A stretch of 24,000 bases of DNA from Rhodococcus sp. RD6.2 (GTDB lineage Bacteria; Actinomycetota; Actinomycetes; Mycobacteriales; Mycobacteriaceae): NCBI RefSeq assembly GCF_001040705.1, contig NZ_CVQP01000005.1, positions 24,675-48,674 on the forward strand. The letters are read 5' to 3'. The notes under the pieces are model-generated. The model was not told the origin of the DNA. It was given only the letters and a program-made list of their open reading frames with translations, and searched no databases. Below, one piece after another: positions 1 through 7,444 of this stretch. Numbering within the stretch: the stretch's first letter is position 1; the number at the start of each line of letters is the position of its first letter. The translations under genes were made by a program, and so were the position numbers.

Positions 1-611
1 ACCGTCACCGGCTGCTGGGCGCGGGGATCGATCGCGGCGCGCAGGGTGGCCTCGGCGTCCGCATGGGACTGCCCGCCGACCGCGACACCGGCAACAGTGA
101 CACCGCGTGGCACCTGACCCGATGACGTTGCGAGGTCAACGACGTACCAGGCTGCCCCGACCGCGAGGACACCTGCAGCAGCGCCGATGGCGATCCGTCG
201 CCGCTTGGCGGAGTCGACGCCGCCAGAACCATCGGAGCCGCCGGAACCATCAGAACCGGCGGAATCGGCGCCGGGCGCCGGGGGTGCGGGCGGAGGCGGG
301 ACCACCCCACCGGGCGGGGGCCCGGACGGTGCCGGTTGGCCGGTCGCGACCCGAGGAAGGACGGTGGTGGGCACGTCCTCGGGGCGGACGTCTTCGGCGG
401 TGGGGGCCTCGACGGTGATCGCCTCGGTCACTCCATCCGAGCCGCTGGTCGCGGCGACGGGGGCGGGGGCGTCGGCCGGGGCGTTCGCGTCGACCTGGTG
501 ATCCGATTCGGCGAATTCGGCACCCTCGCGTTGCACGGCGTCCGAGGACTGCCCGTGCGGAAACCCCGGGCGCTGCTGGGCACCCGAATGCTTGCCGATT
601 CCGCCTGACAT
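1..611 (-). CDS. Membrane-anchored protein, 3'-truncated by the window edge. It has a Pro/Gly/Ser-rich N-terminal region, one TM helix and then a VanW/YoaR-like start of an extracytoplasmic domain. The function is tentative.
   Basis: Not in the ORF track because it has no stop inside the window. I hand-translated the minus frame from ATG at 611..609: MSGGIGKHSGAQQRPGF...PPPGGVVPPPPAPPAPGADSAGSDGSGGSDGSGGVDSAKRRRIAIGAAAGVLAVGAAWYVVDLATSSGQVPRGVTVAGVAVGGQSHADAEATLRAAIDPRAQQPVT. It is open for 203 codons to position 3, with strong G/C at third positions. A GGGAGG RBS lies about 8 nt upstream (revcomp of 620..625). The 'VPRGVTVAGVxVGG...AEAxLR' segment after the TM helix resembles the N-termini of VanW-family proteins, from memory. 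Confidence 0.75.
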   Translation of the reverse strand, partial: MSGGIGKHSGAQQRPGFPHGQSSDAVQREGAEFAESDHQVDANAPADAPAPVAATSGSDGVTEAITVEAPTAEDVRPEDVPTTVLPRVATGQPAPSGPPPGGVVPPPPAPPAPGADSAGSDGSGGSDGSGGVDSAKRRRIAIGAAAGVLAVGAAWYVVDLATSSGQVPRGVTVAGVAVGGQSHADAEATLRAAIDPRAQQPVT

Positions 612-742
612 TCGCGGACCTCCCGGTATCGTCGTTCTGCTGGGCCAGGACCCGCTTCGACTGCCAGGGTAGCCGGGCGACGGTCGGCGCGGCACCGAGG
701 TGTGCGCCCGCAAAGCCGACGCGACGCCCACGAAACAAAGGT

Positions 743-787
743 GTCCCGCGCTGCAACCGGGTCGGGGGTCTGGCTGCAACGCGGGAC
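743..787 (-). terminator. Candidate intrinsic terminator downstream of the TetR-BVMO-GMC operon. It may alternatively be a leader structure of the left-edge gene.
   Basis: On the minus strand: GUCCCGCG-UU-GCAGCC-[13-nt loop]-GGUUGC-AG-CGCGGGAC (8 bp plus 6 bp including one G-U pair), followed by ACCUUUGUUUCG, which is U-rich. It lies about 130 nt after the GMC stop at 918. Confidence 0.4.
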
Positions 788-917
788 GACCTGACTATCG
801 ACACCCCCCAACGTGGCGTTACACCGCGTCCGAAGAAAATCCGTGCGCATCGTTACCGGTCCAGGTGAACCAGGGCCCACCTGGGCGAACGCTCGATTCG
901 GTCGAGGGAAACGTGTC

Positions 918-2669
918 CTAGCTCACGTCGGTGGGCCGCACTCGAGGCAAGGGAAGGACCAGCGCCCCCGAGGCGCCTGCGGGCACAGCGGGCCGCCGCG
1001 GCGCGACCGGGTCGACCCTCCGGTAGGGCGCACCCGGCGCCGGCCGGACGTCCACATCACCCCGGTTGGGCCACAACGCGAAGGCACGCTCGGCGAGCGC
1101 GGTGATCGTCAGCGACGGGTTGACGCCGAGGTTCGCGCTCACCACCGACCCGTCCGAGACGTGCAGACCCGGATATCCATGGACGCGCTGGTACGGGTCG
1201 ACGACACCGGACTCCGCGGTGTCCCCGATGGGACACCCGCCGAGGAAGTGCGCCGTCATCGGGATGTTCGCCAGATCAGCGAAGGATCCGCCGGGATCGC
1301 CGTCGATCTTGTCGGCGATCGACCGGATGACCGCGTGACCTTGCGGGATCCACGTCGGCGGCGGCTCACCGGGTCCACGGCGGCTCACGAGGCGGAACCC
1401 ACCCCTCGGCCCCTTTTTCACACCGAGTTCGAGCGAGTTCTCACCGGTCTGCATGACCAGGGCGATCACTGTCCGCTCCGACCACCGACGCACGGACAGT
1501 CCCCGGGCGAACGTGACCGGATGCCGGACCACCGCGGCCAACGCCTTGAGCGGGCGCGGGACCCGACCCCCGCCGTCGACGAGCAGTGTCTGCAGCAGTC
1601 CGATCGCGTTGCTGCCCTTGCCGTACCGGACCGGTTCGATGTGGGTGTGGTCGTCGGGGTGGAACGACGACGTGATCGCGACACCACGGTGATAGCCCGC
1701 GGGTTCTCGTGCCGTCGCCGCGAGCACCGCCTCGGAGTTGGTCCGGACCTGGGTACCGAGCCGATCGGACAACGCAGGCAGCTCGCCTCTCACCTTGGTG
1801 CCGAGGAGCAACTTCTGGCTGCCGTACGTACCGGCCGACACGACCACCTGCGCGGCCGTCAGGACCGTCTCGCGCCTGCGCAGCGATCCGGTGCGCCGGG
1901 TGCGGACCTCGAAGCCGCCGCCGGGCAGTGGCCGCAACCCCGCGACCGTGGTCAGCGGGTGAATCCGCGCCCCCGCCCGCTCGGCGAGATGGAGGTAGTT
2001 CTTCACCAGGGTGTTCTTCGCACCGACCCGGCACCCCGTCATGCACGACCCGCATTCCGTGCACCCGATACGGTCCGGACCCGCGCCGCCGAAGAAAGGA
2101 TCGGACACCGCCCGGCCCGGTTCGTCGAAGAACACGCCGACGGGTGTCGCCGTGAACGTGTCCTCGACCCCCATCTCCCGGGCGACGTCCCGGACGATCC
2201 GGTCGGCGGTGGTGACACCGGGATAGGTTCGGACGCCGAGCATCCGGGCCGCCTGGTCGTAGTAGGGGTCGAGTTCGTCCTCCCAGTCGGTGATGTGTCC
2301 CCACTGCGGGTCCTCGAAGAAGGGCCGCGGCGGGCGGTAGAGGGTGTTCGCGTAGTTGAGCGAACCGCCACCGACGCCCGCACCCGCCATCACCAGTACG
2401 TCCGCGAGGAGGTGGATGCGTTGAATTCCGAAGCAGCCCAGTGCCGGTGCCCACAGGTAGCGACGCAGACGCCAGCTGGTCTCGGGGAGCTCGTGGTCGG
2501 CGAATCGCCTACCCGCTTCGAGCACGCCGACCCGGTATCCCTTCTCCGTCAGCCTGAGTGCGGCGACGCTGCCACCGAATCCGGAACCGATCACGACGAC
2601 GTCGTAGTCGCAGCCGCCGCCGGCGCTCGTGTCACCGCCGCCACCGGCGCTCGTGTCGCCGGTGCTCAT
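918..2669 (-). CDS. GMC-family FAD oxidoreductase, cholesterol-oxidase ChoD-like (583 aa)
   Basis: This is ORF 918..3071 trimmed to the internal ATG at 2669. The first 134 codons of the track ORF overlap the upstream BVMO gene out of frame. The N-terminal Rossmann motif DYDVVVIGSGFGGSVAALRLTEKGYRVGVLEAGRRF matches my recollection of mycobacterial ChoD (Rv3409c). The ATG (2669..2667) overlaps the BVMO TGA (2668..2666) as ATGA. Confidence 0.85.
   Translation of the reverse strand: MSTGDTSAGGGGDTSAGGGCDYDVVVIGSGFGGSVAALRLTEKGYRVGVLEAGRRFADHELPETSWRLRRYLWAPALGCFGIQRIHLLADVLVMAGAGVGGGSLNYANTLYRPPRPFFEDPQWGHITDWEDELDPYYDQAARMLGVRTYPGVTTADRIVRDVAREMGVEDTFTATPVGVFFDEPGRAVSDPFFGGAGPDRIGCTECGSCMTGCRVGAKNTLVKNYLHLAERAGARIHPLTTVAGLRPLPGGGFEVRTRRTGSLRRRETVLTAAQVVVSAGTYGSQKLLLGTKVRGELPALSDRLGTQVRTNSEAVLAATAREPAGYHRGVAITSSFHPDDHTHIEPVRYGKGSNAIGLLQTLLVDGGGRVPRPLKALAAVVRHPVTFARGLSVRRWSERTVIALVMQTGENSLELGVKKGPRGGFRLVSRRGPGEPPPTWIPQGHAVIRSIADKIDGDPGGSFADLANIPMTAHFLGGCPIGDTAESGVVDPYQRVHGYPGLHVSDGSVVSANLGVNPSLTITALAERAFALWPNRGDVDVRPAPGAPYRRVDPVAPRRPAVPAGASGALVLPLPRVRPTDVS
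2613..2660 (-). repeat. Two tandem 24-bp units inside the 5' end of the GMC gene, encoding GDTSAGGG twice
   Basis: On the plus strand, 2613..2636 is gccgccgccggcgctcgtgtcacc and 2637..2660 is gccgccaccggcgctcgtgtcgcc (22/24 identical). The repeat is in frame and sits immediately before the FAD-binding fold. Confidence 0.9.
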
Positions 2670-4189
2670 GCGACCTCCTCCGCGGGTCGGGGCTCGATCG
2701 CACGGTAGTTCTCGGCATCGAAACTGCGTACCTGCGCGCGGTATCTCCAGGTGAAGGTCGGCCACATCACCGAGTTGCGGCCACGCTTGTCCATGTACCA
2801 ACTCGAGCAGCCACCGCTGTTCCACACCGTCGTCGCGAGCGCACCCCCAACCCGGTCGGCGTAGCGTTCCTGCACCGCGGCGTCCACCTCGAGTGCGGGT
2901 ACACCCCGAGATTCCATGTACCCCAGCGCCTTCCGTACATAAGATGCCTGGCTTTCGAGCATGTAGACGATCGAGCTGTGCCCGAGATTGGTGTTCGGCC
3001 CGTACATCAGGAACAGGTTCGGGAACCCGCTGACCGTGATCCCGCGATGAGCGCTGGGGCTGCCGTCCCACCGTTCCGCGAGGCTGCGCCCGTCCCTACC
3101 GCGCAGGAGCTTCGCGATCGGCGGCTCGGTGGGCGTGAAGCCGGTGCCGAAGATGATGGTGTCGACGTCGCGCTCGACTCCGTCGGAGCCGACGACGCCG
3201 GTGCGGGTGACGCGCTGCAGACCCGAGGCGACCAGGTCAACGTCATCGCGTGCGAGCGTCGGAAGCCACTCGTTGGACAGCAGCATCCGCTTGCATCCGA
3301 TAGTGAACGCGGGTTTCAACTTTCGGCGCAGACGGGGATCGCGAACCTGCGTGTGCAGCTGCGCCTTCGACACGAGCGCGATCGCGGGCAGCAACCACGT
3401 CAGGTAGGCGAAGACCACCACGTATGCCTCTCGCATACCGTAGACGAGGCCGCGTACGACCTTCTGTGTGAGGGGAATTCGGCGATACAGCGACTTCTCG
3501 AACTTTCCGAGTGTCCGGTTCCGCCGCGGAATCACCCAGGAGGCGGTGCGCTGAAAGACGGTGACCCGCTGCGCCTTGTCGACGATCTGCGGCACGAACT
3601 GAATGGCGGACGCTCCGGTGCCGACGACCGCGATCCGCTCACCGGTCAGGTCGTGGTCGTGGTTCCAGGCCGCCGAATGGAAGACGGTGCCACCGAAGGT
3701 GTCCAGTCCGTCGATGTCGGGCAGGTTCGGCGTGGACAGTGCACCGCTCGCGGCGACCAGAGATTGCGCGGTGATCTCCCCCCGATTGGTCGTGACCCGC
3801 CACAGGGTGGAGCGCTCGTCCCAGCGGGCGCCGAGAAGTTCGCAGTCGAAGAGCGTGCGCGCACGGATGCCGCTACGCGTCGCCACGTCCTTGAGGTACT
3901 CGAACAGTTCGGACTGCGCGGCGAAGGTGTGACTCCACTCCGGGCTCGGGGCAAACGACAACGAGTACAGCGACGTGGGCACGTCGCAGGCACAGCCCGG
4001 GTAGGTGTTGTCTCGCCACGTGCCACCAACCTCACCTGCGCGTTCGATGATCACGACGTCCAGCGATCGTCCGTCGCGGACCAGGGCGCCCGCGGCCGCG
4101 AGGCCGCCGAAACCGGCTCCGACGACCAGGACCCGGGTGTGCGCGGGGAGTTCGGCCAGGGTCTGCGCACTCGGGTTCCGTGCGCTCAT
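2666..4189 (-). CDS. Type I Baeyer-Villiger / flavin-containing monooxygenase (507 aa)
   Basis: FAD Rossmann motif VLVVGAGFGGLAAAGAL. BVMO fingerprint FxGxxxHxxxW present as FGGTVFHSAAW. Second dinucleotide motif IAVVGTGASAIQ. GGTWRDNTYPGCACDVP block. I chose the start at ATG 4189 (MSARNP...) because it forms an ATGA overlap with the TetR stop (4186..4188). The track start at 4213 is the alternative. Confidence 0.85.
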   Translation of the reverse strand: MSARNPSAQTLAELPAHTRVLVVGAGFGGLAAAGALVRDGRSLDVVIIERAGEVGGTWRDNTYPGCACDVPTSLYSLSFAPSPEWSHTFAAQSELFEYLKDVATRSGIRARTLFDCELLGARWDERSTLWRVTTNRGEITAQSLVAASGALSTPNLPDIDGLDTFGGTVFHSAAWNHDHDLTGERIAVVGTGASAIQFVPQIVDKAQRVTVFQRTASWVIPRRNRTLGKFEKSLYRRIPLTQKVVRGLVYGMREAYVVVFAYLTWLLPAIALVSKAQLHTQVRDPRLRRKLKPAFTIGCKRMLLSNEWLPTLARDDVDLVASGLQRVTRTGVVGSDGVERDVDTIIFGTGFTPTEPPIAKLLRGRDGRSLAERWDGSPSAHRGITVSGFPNLFLMYGPNTNLGHSSIVYMLESQASYVRKALGYMESRGVPALEVDAAVQERYADRVGGALATTVWNSGGCSSWYMDKRGRNSVMWPTFTWRYRAQVRSFDAENYRAIEPRPAEEVA

Positions 4190-4764
4190 CGCGACGTCAC
4201 CATCGCTTCCCATATGGGAAGCAGGCGTTCGCGGCGCTCCGCTTCCTCCTCCGGAGTGCGGAACAGCGCCGATACGGCGAAACCGCGAGCCAGTTCGATG
4301 CTGAGCTCGATGGAGTCAGGTCCGAAGCTCTCGCCCATCACCTCGGCGGCGCCGCCGGTGAGTGCGTCCGTGACGCGACGTTCGAGGGGCACCATCGCTT
4401 GGAACAGTTCGGCGTCGGTACGGGCCGCCACCCACAGTTCGAGCGCTGCGTAGAAGAGAGGGCCGGTGAACGCGCCGGCCAGCACCTCGAGTCCGCGTTC
4501 GGGGTCGGGGTTGGTCGCGAGGATCTCGGCGAGCCGTTTCTCGACGAGATGTTCGACGGCCGCCACGACGAGGGACACCTTGGTGGGGAACTGGTGGAGC
4601 TGGGCGCCGCGCGACACCCCGGCTCGTCGGGCGATGCCCTGCGTGCTCGTCCCTGCGTATCCGAGTTCGACAAGGGAGTCGATGGTCGCGTCGAGGAGCT
4701 TCTGTCGCGTCTCGGCGCTGCGTTGCGCCTGCGTCCGTGTCGGACGGTCCGTGTCCTGGGTCAC
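4186..4764 (-). CDS. TetR/AcrR-family transcriptional regulator (192 aa), first gene of the operon
   Basis: N-terminal TetR HTH: AETRQKLLDATIDSLVELGYAGTSTQGIARRAGVSRGAQLHQFPTKVSLVVAAVEHL. The C-terminal part is helical and ligand-domain-like. Confidence 0.9.
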   Translation of the reverse strand: MTQDTDRPTRTQAQRSAETRQKLLDATIDSLVELGYAGTSTQGIARRAGVSRGAQLHQFPTKVSLVVAAVEHLVEKRLAEILATNPDPERGLEVLAGAFTGPLFYAALELWVAARTDAELFQAMVPLERRVTDALTGGAAEVMGESFGPDSIELSIELARGFAVSALFRTPEEEAERRERLLPIWEAMVTSR

Positions 4765-4779
4765 ACACTCACGGTAGCA

Positions 4780-4801
4780 ACAAACAGTCTGGACTGCTTG
4801 T
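4780..4801. promoter_or_regulatory. Candidate operator: imperfect 22-bp palindrome 16 bp upstream of the TetR start
   Basis: ACAAACAGTCTGGACTGCTTGT compared with its reverse complement ACAAGCAGTCCAGACTGTTTGT gives 18/22 symmetric positions. It is locally AT-richer than its surroundings and lies in the 77-bp gap between TetR (start 4764) and the GH19 stop (4842). Confidence 0.45.
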
Positions 4802-4841
4802 AAATCGCGAATTGGTCACCTCGGGCCACCGGCCGGGGACG

Positions 4842-5711
4842 TCAGGGATGCGCCAGGACGGCGAGCCCGCGAGCGAAGTTGTCCATCCGCTGAGCCAGCG
4901 CGTGATGACCGCCGTTGACGAGCTCCGACACCCGCACGATGCCCGGGCCGTCGGCGACATTGTTCAGATTCCGCGAGGTCCAGTACCAGACTGCCGTGGT
5001 GAAGGCGTTCTCCGGCGCGGCGACCAGTTCGGGGTGCGCGACGAAGTCGATACCGGTGAACCGGCTCACTTCCTCGTAGTTGTGCCGGCCGGTCACCTGG
5101 ATCGCGCCGCGACCCTTGTAGCGCTCACCGTCGCCGGGCTGAGTGTTCCCGAGGTCCGAGCGGCCCTCGTAGGCCCGTCCGGAGGCGTACTCCTCGAAGG
5201 TGCGGAACGAGTCGGACTCGACCGCGAGCTGGGCGATGAACGCCGCCTGACGCACTGGGGTGTCGATGCCACCACGCACCATCGCGTCGTTGAGCGGTGC
5301 GACGAACTGCGCGATCTTGTCGCCGGGCATCTGCGGCACGATGCGGGCCAGCTCGTCGCCCGACACTGCAGGCTCCGGCGCAGGCGCAGGCGCAGGCGCA
5401 GGCTCGGGGGCGGGAGCAGGGGCCGGAGCGGGGGCGTCGACCGACTCCTCGGCAGGGGCCTCGGCCGCTTCCTCGGAGGTGGACCCGACGCTGGGCAGCT
5501 CGGGGAACTGCAGCGCCGTGAACAGGTCGCCCGCCTCCTGATAACGGGGCGCGACCGACGTGGACACCGGGTCTGCGTTCGCAGCGGATGCGGCGCCCAC
5601 ACCGGTGAGGGCGGTGCCGGTGGCGATCAGTACGGTCGAGGCGACGGCGGCACGGAAATGGCGCGACTGTGAAACGTGCAAGACTCTGCTCCAAGATTCG
5701 ACCGAGAACAT
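4842..5711 (-). CDS. Secreted glycoside hydrolase family 19 protein (chitinase/lysozyme-like, 289 aa) with a Pro/Ala/Glu linker
   Basis: Signal-peptide-like N-terminus (...AAVASTVLIATGTALTGVGAASAANA). Linker APAPAPAPAPEPAPAPAPAPEP. GH19-type blocks AAFIAQLAVESDSFRTFEEY and YKGRGAIQVTGRHNYEEV, plus AVWYW. GGAGG RBS 7 nt upstream of ATG 5711. Confidence 0.8.
   Translation of the reverse strand: MFSVESWSRVLHVSQSRHFRAAVASTVLIATGTALTGVGAASAANADPVSTSVAPRYQEAGDLFTALQFPELPSVGSTSEEAAEAPAEESVDAPAPAPAPAPEPAPAPAPAPEPAVSGDELARIVPQMPGDKIAQFVAPLNDAMVRGGIDTPVRQAAFIAQLAVESDSFRTFEEYASGRAYEGRSDLGNTQPGDGERYKGRGAIQVTGRHNYEEVSRFTGIDFVAHPELVAAPENAFTTAVWYWTSRNLNNVADGPGIVRVSELVNGGHHALAQRMDNFARGLAVLAHP
5368..5433 (-). 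repeat. Degenerate hexanucleotide repeat encoding the Pro-Ala linker. Four perfect GCAGGC units lie at 5380..5403.
   Basis: The plus strand reads gcaggc tccggc gcaggc gcaggc gcaggc gcaggc tcgggg gcggga gcaggg gccgga gcgggg. Confidence 0.9.
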
Positions 5712-6283
5712 GGCTCGGCCTCCGAGGGGTGTCGTCAGCGTGATCAGAGGGAGGCTTCCGGCCCTCGTCGATCACTGCAACGCACCAATAAGGTCACAAC
5801 CAGGTAACGCGGCAGGTCACGAAGTTTTCAACCGATCGTGACGAGCGCCACGTTGACAGCGTAAAAGTGACTCATGCCACATTTGCTGAAGGTTCGCCCA
5901 ATTCGAGCCCGCGGACCCGGGCGGCGACGCACCGCCGACCCCCTGGCGCCTGAGTGCTACTACACGCGGTCACATACGGCGTGCAGCCACTGCCAATCAT
6001 GTTGTAGCAGAATGATATTGACGGATACCGATCAAGAGCAAACTTCCGTCGCGTCAGGCTGGACATCGACCGGCGCGCCATCGTTTCCCTCACAGTTGCC
6101 GGACCGGACCCAGAGAGGGCACCCTCGCCCAGCCGTCCGAGCACACCGATCGGTTCGTGTTCCACGCAACACCTGGGGCCGACACCTTGCCGTGACCATC
6201 ACGGCCCCGCGATAACGCTCCGGGGCCTGATTCGTGACCATTCGAACCGCGCGAACAGGCACCGGCGGCAGCCGGGCCGATGG

Positions 6284-6317
6284 CCGCCGCCCGGCGCCTC
6301 ACGGCACCGGGCGGCGG
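6284..6317 (-). terminator. Candidate terminator hairpin after the aldo/keto reductase gene
   Basis: CCGCCGCCCGG (6284..6294) and CCGGGCGGCGG (6307..6317) form a perfect 11-bp stem with a 12-nt loop, about 26 nt beyond the stop at 6343..6345. There is no U-tract, which is common in actinomycetes. Confidence 0.45.
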
Positions 6318-6342
6318 AACACCACTCACTGTCCCGCCGGCA

Positions 6343-7338
6343 TCACTCCCGGCCGAGGGAGACCCACGTCGGGTCGGCAGCGCGGGCGCCGACCGTGAGC
6401 TCGGCGAGCTCGTCGAGCCGTGACACCTGATCCGCCGTCAGGTCCAGTTCCAGCGCCGCGGCGTTCTCGCTGACCCGGCTCGCGAACCGCGTCCCCGGAA
6501 TCGAGACGACGGGCAGCCCGAACTGCCTGCCCTTCGCGTCGAGCCACGCCAGGACGACCTGCGCAGGTGTGGCCTCGGCGTCGCCGGCGACGTCCTGGAC
6601 CACCCCGAGCACCTTCGCGTTGCCTGCCAGCGCCTCGTCGGAGAACCGGGGGAAGCGGCGACGCAGGTCCGACTCACCGAGCACGGCCGGATCGAATGTG
6701 CCGGTCAGGTAACCGCGACCCACCGGCGAGTACGGGACGAACCCGACGCCGAGCTCGGCCGCCGCCGGAATCACGTGCCGCTCGACGTCGCGGCTCCACA
6801 CACTCCATTCGCTCTGGATCGCGGCGATCGGATGCACCGCGTGCGCCCGGCGCAGTTCGTCGCCGGTGGCCTCCGACAGTCCGATGTGCCGCACCTTGCC
6901 CGCGGTCACCAGTTCGGCGATTGCGCCGACGGTGTCCTCGACTGGGACGTTCGGGTCGACGCGGTGCAGGTAGTAGAGGTCGACGCTGTCGACACCGAGA
7001 CGACCCAGCGACGCGTCGAGGAATCCGGCGACGTGCTCGGGGCGCCCGTCGATGCCACGCTGGCCGGCGGCGATGTTGCCGACCAGTCCGAACTTGGTGG
7101 CGAGCTGCACCTCGTCGCGTCGGGTGCGGAGCACCTCACCGACGGCCCTCTCACTGGCACCGTCGCCGTACACGTTGGCGGTGTCGATGAAGGTGATGCC
7201 GATGTCGATCGCGTGGTGCAGGGTGGCGATGGCTTCGGCCGGGTCGACCGGCCCGTAGACGGGGGCCACCGACATGGCGCCGTATCCCTGGGCGCTGACG
7301 TCGAGGCCGGGTGCGAGTGTGGTGCTGCGAACGGTCAT
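6343..7338 (-). CDS. Aldo/keto reductase (331 aa)
   Basis: This is ORF 6343..7479 trimmed to ATG 7338 (MTVRSTTLAPGLDVSAQGYGAMS...). Typical AKR blocks are present: ITFIDTANVYGDGASERAVGEVL, LATKFG, VDLYYLHRVDPNVPVEDTVGAI, GKVRHIGLSE, AIQSEWSVWSRD. The longer track ORF would run across the terminator hairpin and into the thiolase gene. Confidence 0.88.
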   Translation of the reverse strand: MTVRSTTLAPGLDVSAQGYGAMSVAPVYGPVDPAEAIATLHHAIDIGITFIDTANVYGDGASERAVGEVLRTRRDEVQLATKFGLVGNIAAGQRGIDGRPEHVAGFLDASLGRLGVDSVDLYYLHRVDPNVPVEDTVGAIAELVTAGKVRHIGLSEATGDELRRAHAVHPIAAIQSEWSVWSRDVERHVIPAAAELGVGFVPYSPVGRGYLTGTFDPAVLGESDLRRRFPRFSDEALAGNAKVLGVVQDVAGDAEATPAQVVLAWLDAKGRQFGLPVVSIPGTRFASRVSENAAALELDLTADQVSRLDELAELTVGARAADPTWVSLGRE

Positions 7339-7370
7339 GTCCGCATTCTCGTCGGGCACGACAGACGACG

Positions 7371-7403
7371 CACGGCCTGGAATCAGTGTGATTCCAGGCC
7401 GTG
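7371..7403 (-). terminator. Hairpin terminator after the thiolase gene
   Basis: CACGGCCTGGAATCA-GTG-TGATTCCAGGCCGTG is a perfect 15-bp stem with a 3-nt loop. It lies 42 nt after the thiolase stop (7445) and 33 nt before the AKR start. Confidence 0.6.
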
Positions 7404-7444
7404 CGAATACCGCTACCGCTTGCCGCTCCGTGCCGAGGCCTCGC

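Noticed and set aside
2670-3071. N-terminal extensions of track ORFs: GMC 2670..3071, AKR 7339..7479, fabG4 8644..8901, DUF3068 19915..19992 and fadA2 8771..8824
   Set aside because: The extensions overlap neighbouring genes, terminators or operators. They lack homology-like sequence and end at internal starts that have good RBSs or ATGA coupling.
813-4453. Two 631-aa plus-strand ORFs (813..2708 and 2558..4453) antisense to the GMC and BVMO genes
   Set aside because: Their composition is extremely Arg/Gly/Pro/Asp-rich with no recognisable motifs. The opposite strand carries clear flavoenzyme signatures. These are typical high-GC shadow ORFs.
5640-5711. Possible twin-arginine (Tat) signal in the GH19 precursor (SQSRHFRAAV)
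   Set aside because: Only a single Arg occupies the position where the RR pair is required, so the sequence is equally compatible with a Sec signal peptide.
5885-5925. tRNA-like fragment (GGTTCGCCCAATTCGAGCCC) that might mark an integration site
   Set aside because: The flanks do not form a T-stem. There is no acceptor or anticodon arm, and no integrase or direct-repeat partner in the window.
5712-6015. Possible c-di-AMP (ydaO-type) riboswitch in the GH19 leader and in the 612..917 leader. Such elements precede cell-wall hydrolase genes in actinobacteria.
   Set aside because: I found only scattered partial resemblances (for example GGGGGUC, GGGCUCGAAUU and CGAACCUUCAGC). They have the wrong spacing, and the second pseudo-symmetric half and the ...AGCUAACCUCGUAAGCG core are missing. 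I cannot support the call without a covariance-model search.
5872-6215. ORFs of 113 aa (plus strand) and 97 aa (minus strand) inside the long intergenic gap
   Set aside because: They have no RBS, poor third-position G/C bias and Cys/Arg/His-rich non-protein-like sequence. They also overlap each other on opposite strands.
6190-6245. Short matches between the 12127..12200 repeat unit and the 6190..6245 region (acgctccgg and gaccattc)
   Set aside because: These are 8-9-mers in opposite relative orientations. Matches of this kind are expected by chance in 24 kb of GC-biased sequence.
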